A stretch of 64,000 bases of DNA from Coraliomargarita sp. (GTDB lineage Bacteria > Verrucomicrobiota > Verrucomicrobiia > Opitutales > Coraliomargaritaceae). Position numbers and translations under genes: made by a program. How positions within the stretch are numbered: position 1 is the stretch's first letter; each line of letters begins with the position of its first letter. The notes under the pieces were generated by a model that was not told where the DNA came from, ran no database searches, and saw only the letters and a list, made by a program, of their open reading frames with translations. Of this stretch, positions 20,009 through 34,167 are shown in pieces. The DNA lies in assembly GCA_965216325.1 (NCBI GenBank), contig OZ244160.1, positions 3,000,511-3,064,510 on the forward strand. The letters run 5' to 3'.

Positions 20009-20032
20009 ATCAAGATATAATGATATCTTGAT
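20009..20032. promoter_or_regulatory. Palindromic operator candidate directly upstream of metF
   Basis: ATCAAGATAT-AATG-ATATCTTGAT, perfect 10-bp inverted repeat 6 bp from the start codon. Confidence 0.6.
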
Positions 20033-20173
20033 ATGTAAAGTTGAAAGTCAGGTGGAGTTGTGTGTTGTCGGTTGTTCCTTGAGTGCAGTCAAGCGAATGT
20101 GAGGCGTATAGAGTTGACGGTTTGGGCGAGTTCTCCAGCTTCTCACGCATATTTTAATTTCTAAGGAAGCATC

Positions 20174-20620
20174 ATGGATTTAACGGATTCTCAAAAAGCT
20201 GCGGTTGCCGCATGGGTTCAAGAGGGCAAGTCACTTGCCGATGTGCAAAATCAATTGCGTGAGCAGTTTGATATCTCGCTCACCTACATGGATGTGCGTT
20301 TTCTGGTGGACGACCTGAATATTACGTTTGAGGAGCCCGAAGAACCAGAAGCAGAGGATGCCGAATCTGCTGAGGCAGCGGTTGAGGAGCCAGAACTAGC
20401 AGGAGGGGTGCATGTTGAAGTGAATCCAGTGACCCCTCCGGGCGCGTTGGTGGCAGGGACGGTCCGCTTTAGCGATGGTAAGTCACTGGGCTGGCAGCTC
20501 AGTGCAGCTGGTCAATTGGGCCTCGTGCCGGGTGATGATCCGGATTACCGCCCAAGCCCTGAAGACGTTCAAGAGTTCCAGACCCAGTTGCAGGAAGTCC
20601 TGCAAAAGCAGGGGTATTAA
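20174..20620 (+). CDS. Hypothetical protein (acidic)
   Basis: 148-aa ORF with RBS (aaggaag); function not recognised. Confidence 0.75.
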   Translation: MDLTDSQKAAVAAWVQEGKSLADVQNQLREQFDISLTYMDVRFLVDDLNITFEEPEEPEAEDAESAEAAVEEPELAGGVHVEVNPVTPPGALVAGTVRFSDGKSLGWQLSAAGQLGLVPGDDPDYRPSPEDVQEFQTQLQEVLQKQGY

Positions 20621-20682
20621 AAAAGTAACGTAGGCGTCTCGCCTGAGTATTCGCTGGATATGGAACAGGCAAGATGCCTGTT

Positions 20683-21384
20683 CTACGAAGCTTTCGTGGC
20701 TTCGTGGATGGCGATGATCGAGAAGGTCACTCCGGTGGCTTCGACTGTATTGAAACCTGCTTTGGTCAGCTCTTTAGCGAGGGCTTCTTTGGTAGGGAAG
20801 TTTTCAATGGTGCCTGCTAGGTAGTCGTAGGCACTCTTATCGCCCGTCGCGACAGCAGCTACGAGTGGCAGAATATACTTTAGGTAGAAGTAGTAGATTG
20901 GTCGAAACCAGCGATCGGGTTGCGAAAACTCCAAGACGAAGAGTCGGCCTTCCGGACGCAGCACCCGTAGGATTTCTTTCAGTCCCTTCTGGCGGTCTTC
21001 AAAATTGCGAACACCAAATGAGATCGTGACGGCATCGGCACAGTTGTCGGGAAGGGGCAGCTCCATGCAGTCGCCAAAAGCAAAGTCGATGTCGGCGTAG
21101 CTAGGCTTAGCCTGCTTCTTTTGACGTGCCTGATCGAGCATTGGTTCACAGAAGTCCAAGCCCTTGATGGCTACTGCCGGGCCGAGGCGATCACGCAGTT
21201 TGAACGCGACGTCGCCACTGCCGGTTGCGAGATCAACGACATCCTTTGGTTCGCGACGCTTCACCATGCGGGTGAGCACACGGCGCCAATAGAAATCAAT
21301 GCCTCCACTGAGGAGGTGGTTGGCGAGATCGTATCGGCCGGCGATACCGGCGAACATTTGACTGACTGCTTGTCCTTCAGGCAC
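20683..21384 (-). CDS. ubiE: UbiE/MenG quinone C-methyltransferase
   Basis: [51 protein letters not shown]. Confidence 0.9.
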   Translation of the reverse strand: MPEGQAVSQMFAGIAGRYDLANHLLSGGIDFYWRRVLTRMVKRREPKDVVDLATGSGDVAFKLRDRLGPAVAIKGLDFCEPMLDQARQKKQAKPSYADIDFAFGDCMELPLPDNCADAVTISFGVRNFEDRQKGLKEILRVLRPEGRLFVLEFSQPDRWFRPIYYFYLKYILPLVAAVATGDKSAYDYLAGTIENFPTKEALAKELTKAGFNTVEATGVTFSIIAIHEATKAS

Positions 21385-21421
21385 GGGAAGTGAGAGTGAT
21401 GGTGAAAGTTGTTGGAGAAGT

Positions 21422-21494
21422 GTAGGGCTTCAGCTTGCTGAATGCCGACTTAGGCATGGACGGCTCTGAGGCGTCGTGCAAGCACGAGCCCTAC
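21422..21494. repeat. GTAG REP doublet of the RAYT-flanking family
   Basis: gtagggcttcagcttgctgaatgcc ... ggcgtcgtgcaagcacgagccctac. Confidence 0.88.
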
Positions 21495-21505
21495 GAAATG
21501 AATAT

Positions 21506-23110
<1,605 letters not shown>

Positions 23111-23213
23111 TTTTTCTTTCGAGTTTGACAGCGGTTCGACTAGTCGAAGTATCGCCGCCTCAATAACTTTTGAATTTCTACTGACTTAATAAATCGGTCT
23201 TTAATTGATAACT

Positions 23214-23540
23214 ATGTCCAACAATCTGACTAAACGCGATATCGTCCTCGATATTTACGACAAAACGGATTTTCCGCAAAAAGAAGTGCGCGAAACCGTC
23301 CAGTTGACTCTCGATGCCATTGCCAATGCACTCCGTCAAGGGCGCAACGTTGAGCTGCGTAACTTCGGTGTTTTCGAGGTTCAGGTGCGTAAATCACGCA
23401 TCGGTCGTAACCCGAATAAGCCAGAGACAGATGTTGTGATTCCGACTCGTGCCGTGATCAAGTTCAAGGCAGGTAAGGAGCTAAAGAACGCTCTGACCGA
23501 AATCGACGTTGACGCACTGCAGGCCGACAAGAAGGCCTAA
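23214..23540 (+). CDS. HU/IHF family DNA-binding protein
   Basis: LTKRDIV, VELRNFGVFEV, RIGRNP, IKFKAGKELK. Confidence 0.93.
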   Translation: MSNNLTKRDIVLDIYDKTDFPQKEVRETVQLTLDAIANALRQGRNVELRNFGVFEVQVRKSRIGRNPNKPETDVVIPTRAVIKFKAGKELKNALTEIDVDALQADKKA

Positions 23541-23569
23541 GCATCTCATTAACAGTTAGAAAGGCTGCG

Positions 23570-24913
23570 ATGCAGTTCCAGACATTACCCGGCTTCCGGG
23601 AGTTCTATCCGGAGGCCTGCGCTCAACGGAATCACATCTTCAGCATGTGGCGTAAGACGGCGCGCGCGTTCAACTTCCTTGAATACGATGCACCGGTCCT
23701 CGAGCCGCTGGAACTTTACATCGAGAAGTCTGGCGAGGAAATCGTCGGGCAGCTGTTCAACTTCGAAGACCGTGGTGGTCGTGCGGTTGCACTGCGTCCG
23801 GAGATGACTCCGTCGTTGGCACGTCTCATCGGCGCCAAGGCGAACAGCCTGAAGCGTCCGGTGAAGTGGTTCAACATTGGCGAACACTATCGCTATGAGA
23901 AGCCACAGAAGGGACGCCTGCGCGCCTTCTATCAGTTTAATGTCGATATCTTTGGTGAGCCGGGTCCTGGCGCGGACGCCGAATTGATTGCCTTGCTGGC
24001 TCAAGCGCTGAAGTCCTTCGGCCTTGGTGTGGAGGATTTTAAGATCCGTCTCAGTGACCGTGATCTCTGGCTTTTGATGCTGGCGGCGGAAGGTTTAGAC
24101 GAGGCGGGCTCGATGACTGTGCTTGGCATCGTCGATAAGATGGAGCGTATGGAGCGCGACAAGATTATCGAGAAGTTGGCTGAAGTTCTGGGCGATGCAG
24201 CTGAAGAGTTTTACGGCCGTGTTGAAAAAGCGGTCGCGATCCGCGAATTCGATGCACTGCGCACTTATATTCTGAATCTACCGCTTGAAGGCGATCTTGC
24301 TGACAAGGCAAAGGCGCGTCTCGAAGAGTGGGAAGCACTGCTCGCGGGTCTCGAGAGTGCCGGTGCTGCGGAGTTTATCCAAATCGATTTGGGAATTGTC
24401 CGCGGTCTCGCATACTACACCGGATTTGTATTCGAAGCGTTCGAGGCTACTGGTAAAGGCCGTGCGCTTGCCGGAGGTGGTCGTTACGATGCCTTGGTGA
24501 AGAAGTTAGGTGGCCCGGATATGCCTGCAGTTGGTTTTGCGATGGGCGATGTGACCCTGGTTGACTTGCTTGAAGATAAAGGCCGTCTGCCGGAATACGT
24601 GCAGAGCCCAGAGTTCATTGCAATCATCGGTGGAGCAGAAGCGCGTCCTGCAGCGATGGCGGATGCGGCGCAACTACGTCAGCTCGGCTATCAAGTGGAT
24701 TATCCGCTCAAGAATCAGGGCTTTGGTAAGCAGTTCAAAGCAGTCACTCAAAGCGGTGCACGCTTTGCGTTGATCTACGGCTCTGAAGAAATCGAGAAGG
24801 GCGTCGTTAAAGTTCGCGACCTCTCTGCTGAGGAAGAAGTCGAACTGCCACGCGAACATCTCGCTGAAGCAGCCCCCGAGTTGCTTGCGAACGGACTGGC
24901 TGCGCTCAAATAA
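23570..24913 (+). CDS. hisS: Histidyl-tRNA synthetase
   Basis: LRPEMT, YRYEKPQKGRLRAFYQFNVD, VRGLAYYTG, GGGRYD, AVGFAMG. Confidence 0.96.
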   Translation: MQFQTLPGFREFYPEACAQRNHIFSMWRKTARAFNFLEYDAPVLEPLELYIEKSGEEIVGQLFNFEDRGGRAVALRPEMTPSLARLIGAKANSLKRPVKWFNIGEHYRYEKPQKGRLRAFYQFNVDIFGEPGPGADAELIALLAQALKSFGLGVEDFKIRLSDRDLWLLMLAAEGLDEAGSMTVLGIVDKMERMERDKIIEKLAEVLGDAAEEFYGRVEKAVAIREFDALRTYILNLPLEGDLADKAKARLEEWEALLAGLESAGAAEFIQIDLGIVRGLAYYTGFVFEAFEATGKGRALAGGGRYDALVKKLGGPDMPAVGFAMGDVTLVDLLEDKGRLPEYVQSPEFIAIIGGAEARPAAMADAAQLRQLGYQVDYPLKNQGFGKQFKAVTQSGARFALIYGSEEIEKGVVKVRDLSAEEEVELPREHLAEAAPELLANGLAALK

Positions 24914-24938
24914 TTTAGGATAACGATCCCTACCTACT

Positions 24939-24972
24939 AAAAAAGCCACGTCGTAACTGCCGTGGCTTTTTT
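24939..24972. terminator. Bidirectional terminator between hisS and yceI
   Basis: aaaaaagccacg...cgtggctttttt. Confidence 0.8.
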
Positions 24973-24994
24973 GTCATTAAATTTAGGATACGCC

Positions 24995-25570
<576 letters not shown>

Positions 25571-25690
25571 GTATGGTAGTTCGCTGGTGTGGTATGGTGC
25601 TGCAGCAAGGTGCTGCATCAGTTGAATAGCTTGAGAACATATGACCTTACGTCGGTTCCAAAAAAAAAGCGGCCGTTTGGCCGCTTTAAC

Positions 25691-26533
25691 TTAGATAAAC
25701 TCGGGAATGTCGGCTTCGGTGCCTTCGATTCCGAGAATGTAGACTTGCTCGTCATCTTGCCATGATTTGAAGGCTTGGTCGCGTATCTCAAAGGTTTGCG
25801 GTTCGATCGGAAGCTCGTTGCCGATGATCGATTTGTCTGCGGTGATCAGGTGATACACCTCGCCGTCCTTAAAGCAGATCATGCTGAGCTTCCCGCCCTT
25901 ATAGTCGAAGGCAACGCAACCAAGTGTCGGGAGTGACTCGGCAAATTGTGGGACTGAATTTGGGGCAGGGTTGCCTGCACTGACCAAGTGTGCCTTGAGG
26001 CTGCCGAACTTGTTGTCGCGCTTATCGAAGTCCCAGATCTTGAAGCCGTCGATTTCGCTGGCGAGGAAGTTAATGACTTCAGGGATGTTGGCTTCGGCGC
26101 TCGCAAGTTGAACTTCGCTGCTTTGTTGGCCAGCCTGTTGGATGTAGACCGATGCACCAAAGAGCACCGCAAAGACCGCTGCGATACCCATCCATGGGTT
26201 AATCCAGCTCTTCTTTTTCTGGCCGGTAAATTCGATGATGTTCTCCTCGCTGTCGGCTTCATCGCTTTCAACGATGAGCGGGTTGGATGCTTTGTTCGCC
26301 TCATGGGCACGCATCCCGGCGAGAATCGAGGCCTTCAGGTCATTCGGAACTTCGATCTTGTCGAATTCGTCACAGATGGCGGCGTCGGCGGCTTGCTCGG
26401 CTTCGAACCATGCGCTGAGTTCGAGGTCGGTTTCCATTAAATCCAGTGCCTCGGCGATCAGCGGGTCGTTGCGATCGTCGTCGTTTCCTGGGCGACAGAG
26501 GGAGAGAATGTTTTTAGCTTCTTCGTGAGTCAT
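25691..26533 (-). CDS. Putative membrane anti-sigma factor
   Basis: Directly downstream of an ECF sigma; cytoplasmic N-domain, single TM (WMGIAAVFAVLFG), extracytoplasmic domain. Confidence 0.7.
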   Translation of the reverse strand: MTHEEAKNILSLCRPGNDDDRNDPLIAEALDLMETDLELSAWFEAEQAADAAICDEFDKIEVPNDLKASILAGMRAHEANKASNPLIVESDEADSEENIIEFTGQKKKSWINPWMGIAAVFAVLFGASVYIQQAGQQSSEVQLASAEANIPEVINFLASEIDGFKIWDFDKRDNKFGSLKAHLVSAGNPAPNSVPQFAESLPTLGCVAFDYKGGKLSMICFKDGEVYHLITADKSIIGNELPIEPQTFEIRDQAFKSWQDDEQVYILGIEGTEADIPEFI

Positions 26534-26552
26534 GGCGAATGGCTGCTAAAGT

Positions 26553-27065
26553 TTAGGCGGTTTCGGTTTCCTTGCGCTTGAAGATGTCGCGAAGCTGGGC
26601 TTTGCCGCGCGAGAGCCGCGACATGATCGTGCCGATCGGCACATTGAGCACTTCAGCGATTTCCTTATAAGCGAGGTCTTTGAGGTAGAAGAGAATGAGG
26701 GGTTCACGATAGACCTCATCGACTTCGTCGAGGGCCTCGAGCGCGAGATGACCATCCATGCTCCGACGCACATGTGGTTCGACTGAACCTCCGGCGACTT
26801 CGAGCATTTCCGGTTCGTAGTTGTCCATACGAGAGTCTTTGCGCTTACGGCGCAGAAACTCGCGGTAGAGTGTGGTAAAGAGCCACGATTTGACCTTCGA
26901 CATATCGCGCAGCGAGTGGCCCTTTTCCGCGTAGATGAAAAAGGCCTGTTGGGCAAGGTCACCCGCCTCATGCTCATTCTTGGCCAAACTATAGCCAAAA
27001 CGATAGAGGGGTTGATAGTAAGCGTTCACTATTTCGTCGAAGTTCAAAGTATGAGAATCTTCCAT
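26553..27065 (-). CDS. ECF sigma-70 factor
   Basis: AGDLAQQAF, KSWLFTTLYR, YKEIAEVLNVPIGTIMSRLSRGK. Confidence 0.93.
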   Translation of the reverse strand: MEDSHTLNFDEIVNAYYQPLYRFGYSLAKNEHEAGDLAQQAFFIYAEKGHSLRDMSKVKSWLFTTLYREFLRRKRKDSRMDNYEPEMLEVAGGSVEPHVRRSMDGHLALEALDEVDEVYREPLILFYLKDLAYKEIAEVLNVPIGTIMSRLSRGKAQLRDIFKRKETETA

Positions 27066-27126
27066 GTGAGTCGTGCGGGGAGGGGTTATTCCAAGGTTTT
27101 TGGAGGAATTTGTATAAAGAGGTTTT

Positions 27127-27208
27127 GACTACGAAAACCGCGAAAGGCACGAAAACAAGCTTACTGGTCGAGCTCCGTTTTTTCGCGTATTCCGTGTCTT
27201 TCGTAGTC
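27127..27208. repeat. Imperfect inverted repeat
   Basis: gactacgaaaaccgcgaaaggcacgaaaa ... tttttcgcgtattccgtgtctttcgtagtc. Confidence 0.6.
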
Positions 27209-27271
27209 AATAATAACTCAGGGTAAAACTGGTGAGCTAGTCTTCACAAACTAGTATTTGGCGGGTGTGAG

Positions 27272-28357
27272 CTATAGAATTAGCATCGCATCGCCATAAC
27301 TGTAAAACCGATACTTACGGGCAATTGCGTCGGCGTAAAGATCCATGAGCCATTTTATCCCATCTTCGCTGCCGGGTGTCAGGAATGCGGATACGAGACA
27401 GAGCAAGGTCGATTTTGGTAGGTGGAAGTTGGTGATCATATGATCGATCGCGGCAAATTTGGCTGGCGGGTAGATATAGATGTCGGCTTCCGCCTGCACG
27501 GATCCTGCCGGCGTAATGCAGCTCTCAGGGCTGCTCACGGTGCGCCGCATGGCATCTTCGATCGAACGCACGGAGGTGGTGCCGATGGCAACACGGGGCC
27601 CGCCTTCGGTCTGCTGCAGCGATTGGTAGGCCGATGCCGGGATCTCATACCACTCGTGGTGGATATTGTGCTCTTCGATGTTGTCGACCTGAATCGGGTG
27701 AAAGGTGCCGATGCCGACTTGTAGCGTGAGGTCATGGAAGCTGGCGCCTCTTTGTTCGAGCTCGGCAATAAGGTCGGGTGTAAAGTGTAGGCCTGCGGTG
27801 GGTGCAGCGACGGCGACACGTTTCTCGTAGTCGGCGTAGACGGTCTGGTAGCGCTCGTTGTCGGCGGCGCGGCGTGGGTCGTCGTCGGTGCGCGCAATAT
27901 AAGGTGGTAGTGGCATGATGCCGAGGCGCTCGGATAGGTCGGTTACCGATTCGTCACGCTCGAGATGGAAGCGCACGCGGTAGTTGCCGTTGCTGCCCGC
28001 TTCGAGGACTTCGGCGTGGTATTCGCCTGCAATGCCGAAGCCGGTTTGCGCAGCTTTTTTGCCGGGTTTTAGGAGGCACCACCAAGTGATTGCATCTTCG
28101 GCTGGCTGGAGGAGCAGGCACTCGACTTTGCCGCCGGTTGGACGTTGGCCGAAAATGCGGGCTTTGAGCACAGCCGCGTTGTTGCGGAAGAAACGGGTAT
28201 TGGACGGTAAAAAGTCCGCGATATTGGCGAATTGGGTGTGGGTGACCTCGCGGGTGGCGCGGTTGACGACCATCAGTTTTGAGGCGTCGCGCGTGGCGGC
28301 GGGCTCTTGTGCGATGCATTCGTTCGGTAAGTGGTAGTCAAAAAGTGCGGCGTCCAT
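27272..28357 (-). CDS. queA: S-adenosylmethionine:tRNA ribosyltransferase-isomerase
   Basis: FDYHLP..IAQEP, MPLPPYI, RYQTVYA, AAPTAGLHFT, TNFHLPKSTL, YRFYSYGDAMLI. Confidence 0.97.
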   Translation of the reverse strand: MDAALFDYHLPNECIAQEPAATRDASKLMVVNRATREVTHTQFANIADFLPSNTRFFRNNAAVLKARIFGQRPTGGKVECLLLQPAEDAITWWCLLKPGKKAAQTGFGIAGEYHAEVLEAGSNGNYRVRFHLERDESVTDLSERLGIMPLPPYIARTDDDPRRAADNERYQTVYADYEKRVAVAAPTAGLHFTPDLIAELEQRGASFHDLTLQVGIGTFHPIQVDNIEEHNIHHEWYEIPASAYQSLQQTEGGPRVAIGTTSVRSIEDAMRRTVSSPESCITPAGSVQAEADIYIYPPAKFAAIDHMITNFHLPKSTLLCLVSAFLTPGSEDGIKWLMDLYADAIARKYRFYSYGDAMLIL

Positions 28358-28478
28358 TGGTTTAGAAGACAGAGATCAGAGGTCAGAGGCCAGAATCTTA
28401 TTCGTGCCTGATAAAAGTCGTTGTACTTGTCGTAATCGCTGTCGTAATCGCTATGGTTGTGTCAACGACAACTGCTTT

Positions 28479-29939
28479 ATGTCGAGTTCGCAAAACAGTA
28501 TAAAATGGCCGGAATTGGCACGGGCGCTTCGTTTACGGGTAGGCGCCGGACAGCTGCACCCTGCGGTTTGGCATCAGTTGAGCCATCCGGACACGCAACG
28601 TCTGTTGGTCGCGTGCTCGGGCGGGCCAGACTCGGTTTTTATGCTTTGTCTACTCTGGGCTGAGGCCGAGCAGTTGGGAGTCGAGCTCGTGGTCGCACAC
28701 TATAATCACCGTTGGCGTGGCGTCGTGTCGGATCAGGATGCGCAATTTGTCCGCGCTATGGCGGAGTCGCTTGGTTGCAGCTATGTCGAAGACTCGCGCC
28801 CAGAGAATGAGGCGGCCTTTACTGAGACCACGGCGCGGGCATTGCGCTTGGACTTTTTACGCGCTGCTGCGGCGGAGCATGGCTGCAGTGCGATCGCATT
28901 TGGCCACCAGCAGAATGATATTTTGGAAACGCAGCTGCAGCGCATTGCGCGTGGCAGTGGATCCGAGGGCTTGGCTGCACCACGGCCGGTGCATGTGTTT
29001 GGTGAGTATCCCACGCATGTGCGCCCCTTACTTGAAGTGCGAGCAGGAGACATACGTTTAGCGATGGCGGCCTGCTGTGTGCCGTGGTGCGAGGATAGTT
29101 CGAACAATGATCTAAGTATTCCGCGCAATGCACTGCGTGGTCGAGTTGTGCCGTTGTTACTGGATGCCTTGGGGCGGGATGCCTCAGCGGGGGCGGCGCG
29201 CTCGCGAGCTCTTTTGGAAGAAGACGCGGCTGCATTGAATGCGCTTGCGCGCGAACGCTTTACCCGTGCCTACGCGGGGGCGGATCAATTAAATCGCGCA
29301 GAGCTACAGCAGGCCCCACAAGCGTTGTCACGTCGTGCGTTGACCGCTTGGCTGCAGGCGCATGAGCTGATCACTTCGATGAGTGCGCCGGCAATGGACC
29401 AATTGGTTGGCGCGGTGTATTCGGCCCGTAGCCGACACCGTCTAAGTGCAGGCGCCGCCTTTGTCGTGATTGATGGGGATGCCTTGTATCTTGAACCGAT
29501 GCATGCAAATGAGGCGGAGATACTCTTGGAACCAGCGACTTTGGAGCCGGGCGAAACCGTGATTCTCTCTAACGGTGCAGTCATTGAAACCGATCAGGTT
29601 GAACTCGACCCGATTACGCGAGAAGAGATTCTTTCCGGGCAAATCGAACCGGAGACGGAAGCGTATGTGGCGCTCGCAGACGATTGCATGCTTGAAGTGC
29701 GGGCTTGGCAGCCGGGCGATCGCTTCAAGCCGATTGGTGCGCCTGGCACTAAAAAGCTCAAAGATTGGTTTATTGACCGTCATATTCCACAGCAGGAACG
29801 AAAGCATTTACCCGTGGTCTGCATCGAGTCTGGCGAAATTATATGGGTGCCGGGCTTTGCGCCCGCTGAACGCTTTAAAATTCAAGCTTTAAACAAGCAG
29901 GCTCTTAGGTTGACTTACCAGAGCAGAAACCCACTTTGA
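28479..29939 (+). CDS. tilS: tRNA(Ile)-lysidine synthetase
   Basis: VACSGGPDS PP-loop, AHYNHRWRG, GHQQND, RPLL, EDSSN, C-terminal KKLKDWFID; upstream of ftsH. Confidence 0.92.
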   Translation: MSSSQNSIKWPELARALRLRVGAGQLHPAVWHQLSHPDTQRLLVACSGGPDSVFMLCLLWAEAEQLGVELVVAHYNHRWRGVVSDQDAQFVRAMAESLGCSYVEDSRPENEAAFTETTARALRLDFLRAAAAEHGCSAIAFGHQQNDILETQLQRIARGSGSEGLAAPRPVHVFGEYPTHVRPLLEVRAGDIRLAMAACCVPWCEDSSNNDLSIPRNALRGRVVPLLLDALGRDASAGAARSRALLEEDAAALNALARERFTRAYAGADQLNRAELQQAPQALSRRALTAWLQAHELITSMSAPAMDQLVGAVYSARSRHRLSAGAAFVVIDGDALYLEPMHANEAEILLEPATLEPGETVILSNGAVIETDQVELDPITREEILSGQIEPETEAYVALADDCMLEVRAWQPGDRFKPIGAPGTKKLKDWFIDRHIPQQERKHLPVVCIESGEIIWVPGFAPAERFKIQALNKQALRLTYQSRNPL

Positions 29940-29947
29940 CCGATCAA

Positions 29948-32002
<2,055 letters not shown>

Positions 32003-32080
32003 GCCGAATACAAGTTACATTTATCAAAAGGCCGGACGTGTGAAGCGTTCGGCCTTTTTGTGTATAAGGCTTCGTAATCG

Positions 32081-32233
32081 GTAGGGCTGTCTCGCCGAGG
32101 CAGCCGTTCGCCGATTGAATCCTGCTTATCCAGGTGGGGGGATTGGGGACTCCGTGCATTGTTGCCGAACGGTCGCCTCGGCCCTTCGATAAACTCAGGG
32201 CGGTGAGCCTGTCGAACCGCGAGGCGACCCTAC
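32081..32233. repeat. GTAG REP doublet with nested 38-bp insert
   Basis: gtagggctgtctcgccgaggcagccgttcg ... cgaacggtcgcctcggc[insert 32183-32220]gaggcgaccctac. Confidence 0.85.
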
Positions 32234-32244
32234 CTTTTCAGTCG

Positions 32245-33189
32245 TTACGGCCGTATACAACGACTCTCTGCAGGAGTTTCCTTTAAGCGTGAGAGTGCAA
32301 TCAGACTACTGCAAATGATAATGGCACCGACCACCAGACCTGTGTGCAGTTGTTCGCCCGGAATGAAGAGCACGGATTCGATCATTCCCATGTGTGGAAT
32401 TAGAAAGCGAAAGCCAGACAGGGTGTTGACGCTATAGTGTTCAATGAGGCGGTTCCAGATTGCAAAGCCAGCCGCTGAGACGACTGCCAAGTAGACCGTA
32501 ACCAGAAGGGTAGTGAGGTTGAAGTGACTGAGATAGCTCAGCCAATACGGAGCGGCTGTCAGTAGTAGCAATATGCCGCCTAAGCCTAGTGAAAAACTGG
32601 TCGGAGTGAGTGAGCCTGACACTGGGGCCACGCGCTTCATATAAACTGCCGCGAAGGCTCCGGAGAGTGTGGCCAGTAAGAATGCCGCAGTGCCGAGACC
32701 AACATTTTGCAGCTGATTGTCAGGACTGTAGACAGCGCAGATGATGCCGATGCAACAGCATGCAAATAAGAGCCAATGTGAACGAGTCGGAGAGGGGGTC
32801 TTTAAAATCGGTGGTGCAATGAGCATCCACCAAAAGCTGCCGGATCCGACCAGTAGTGCTGCGAGCGTGCCTGGGGAGACATTGAGGCCATAGTAGAAGA
32901 AGATATACTGCAGATAGGTTTGCCCCAGCATAATGATTGCCAGTGGCATGCGTGGTGCTTGCTTAATCTTGGCGAAGTAGTTGCCACGGCAAAAGGGCAG
33001 GAGCATGAAGCTGGCGAGCGCGAAACGGCTGCCTGCGAAGACGAGTTGTTCCCCGTAGTTGTGAATGCCGAGCGCGGTGTAGCTGTTCTTGATGACCGGA
33101 AACGCGCTGCCCCACAGCACTGCGCAGATGCAGACCTGCAGATAAAAACTAAGCGGTAGGCGCTTCGTGGCTGTTGAGATGCCGGGCAT
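32245..33189 (-). CDS. EamA/DMT family transporter
   Basis: LWGSAFPVIK, FAGSRF, QYIFFYYGL; about 10 TMs. Confidence 0.88.
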   Translation of the reverse strand: MPGISTATKRLPLSFYLQVCICAVLWGSAFPVIKNSYTALGIHNYGEQLVFAGSRFALASFMLLPFCRGNYFAKIKQAPRMPLAIIMLGQTYLQYIFFYYGLNVSPGTLAALLVGSGSFWWMLIAPPILKTPSPTRSHWLLFACCCIGIICAVYSPDNQLQNVGLGTAAFLLATLSGAFAAVYMKRVAPVSGSLTPTSFSLGLGGILLLLTAAPYWLSYLSHFNLTTLLVTVYLAVVSAAGFAIWNRLIEHYSVNTLSGFRFLIPHMGMIESVLFIPGEQLHTGLVVGAIIICSSLIALSRLKETPAESRCIRP

Positions 33190-33293
33190 GAGGTGCGGAT
33201 CTTGATCGGCTTTTAGCGGCATGCAATCTAATCGATGCTTGATTTGAGCGACGAATAAGTTGACCCAGGCATTGGATTTTTGATGGTCAGACG

Positions 33294-34151
33294 ATGCGGT
33301 CGCACACACAGGGGTTATTCTATGCACACATCGGAGCTTTGCTCTTCGGGGGCACGGCCTTGTTTGCCAAGACGATTTCGCTGACTGCCGATGTCATTAC
33401 CTTTTGGCGCACGGCCATTGCGATGGCCGCCGTCTTGTTGGTGTGCAAGCTGCGTGGTCAGTCTTTGGGCTTGGAGCGTCGACGTGATGCATGGATGCAG
33501 ATCGGGCTGGGCCTTATACTCGGGATTCACTGGGTAAGCTACTATCAGTCGATTCAGCTTTCTACGGTGGCTATCGGGGTCACTGCGTTATTTGCGGCGC
33601 CGGTGTTCTCGGTGTTGATTGAATCGGTGATGCGTCGCGTGTGGCCCGACCGAGTGGACTTGTGTTTGTGCGGGCTTGTTTTTTGGGGAGTGCTGTGTCT
33701 TGCCGAAGAATTGAGCTGGAGTAGTCGCTATACGCAAGGGGTGCTGATGGGCTTGGTCTCGGCGGTCTTTTTAGCGTTACGCCAAAATCTACATCGCCGC
33801 ACACGTGCACGTGCGGCTTCGGGGATGGTCTTACTGGTTTACCAACTGATCGGTATTTTGGTGCTAGTCTCTTTTTCGGGTATTACTGCGGGTACCGCAG
33901 GTCTCAGAGAGAATTGGCTTGGGCTCTTACTCCTTGGTGTGCTCTTCACGGCTGCACCGCACTTCTGTAATCTCTCGGCTCTGCGCCAACTCGAGGCGAA
34001 AACAGTTCTCATTGTAACCAGCTTGATGGTGCCCTATGGTATTGTCTTCAGTGCACTCTTGTTGGACGAGGTCCCGAGTGTGCGCACTTTAATCGGTTGT
34101 GCGATTATCATGCTGGCGGCTACGATTGAGAACCTCAGGGTGGGGCGCTGA
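33294..34151 (+). CDS. EamA/DMT family transporter
   Basis: LFGGTALFAK, IHWVSYYQSIQLSTVAIG; about 10 TMs. Confidence 0.88.
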   Translation: MRSHTQGLFYAHIGALLFGGTALFAKTISLTADVITFWRTAIAMAAVLLVCKLRGQSLGLERRRDAWMQIGLGLILGIHWVSYYQSIQLSTVAIGVTALFAAPVFSVLIESVMRRVWPDRVDLCLCGLVFWGVLCLAEELSWSSRYTQGVLMGLVSAVFLALRQNLHRRTRARAASGMVLLVYQLIGILVLVSFSGITAGTAGLRENWLGLLLLGVLFTAAPHFCNLSALRQLEAKTVLIVTSLMVPYGIVFSALLLDEVPSVRTLIGCAIIMLAATIENLRVGR

Positions 34152-34167
34152 GATTTTCGAACCACGG

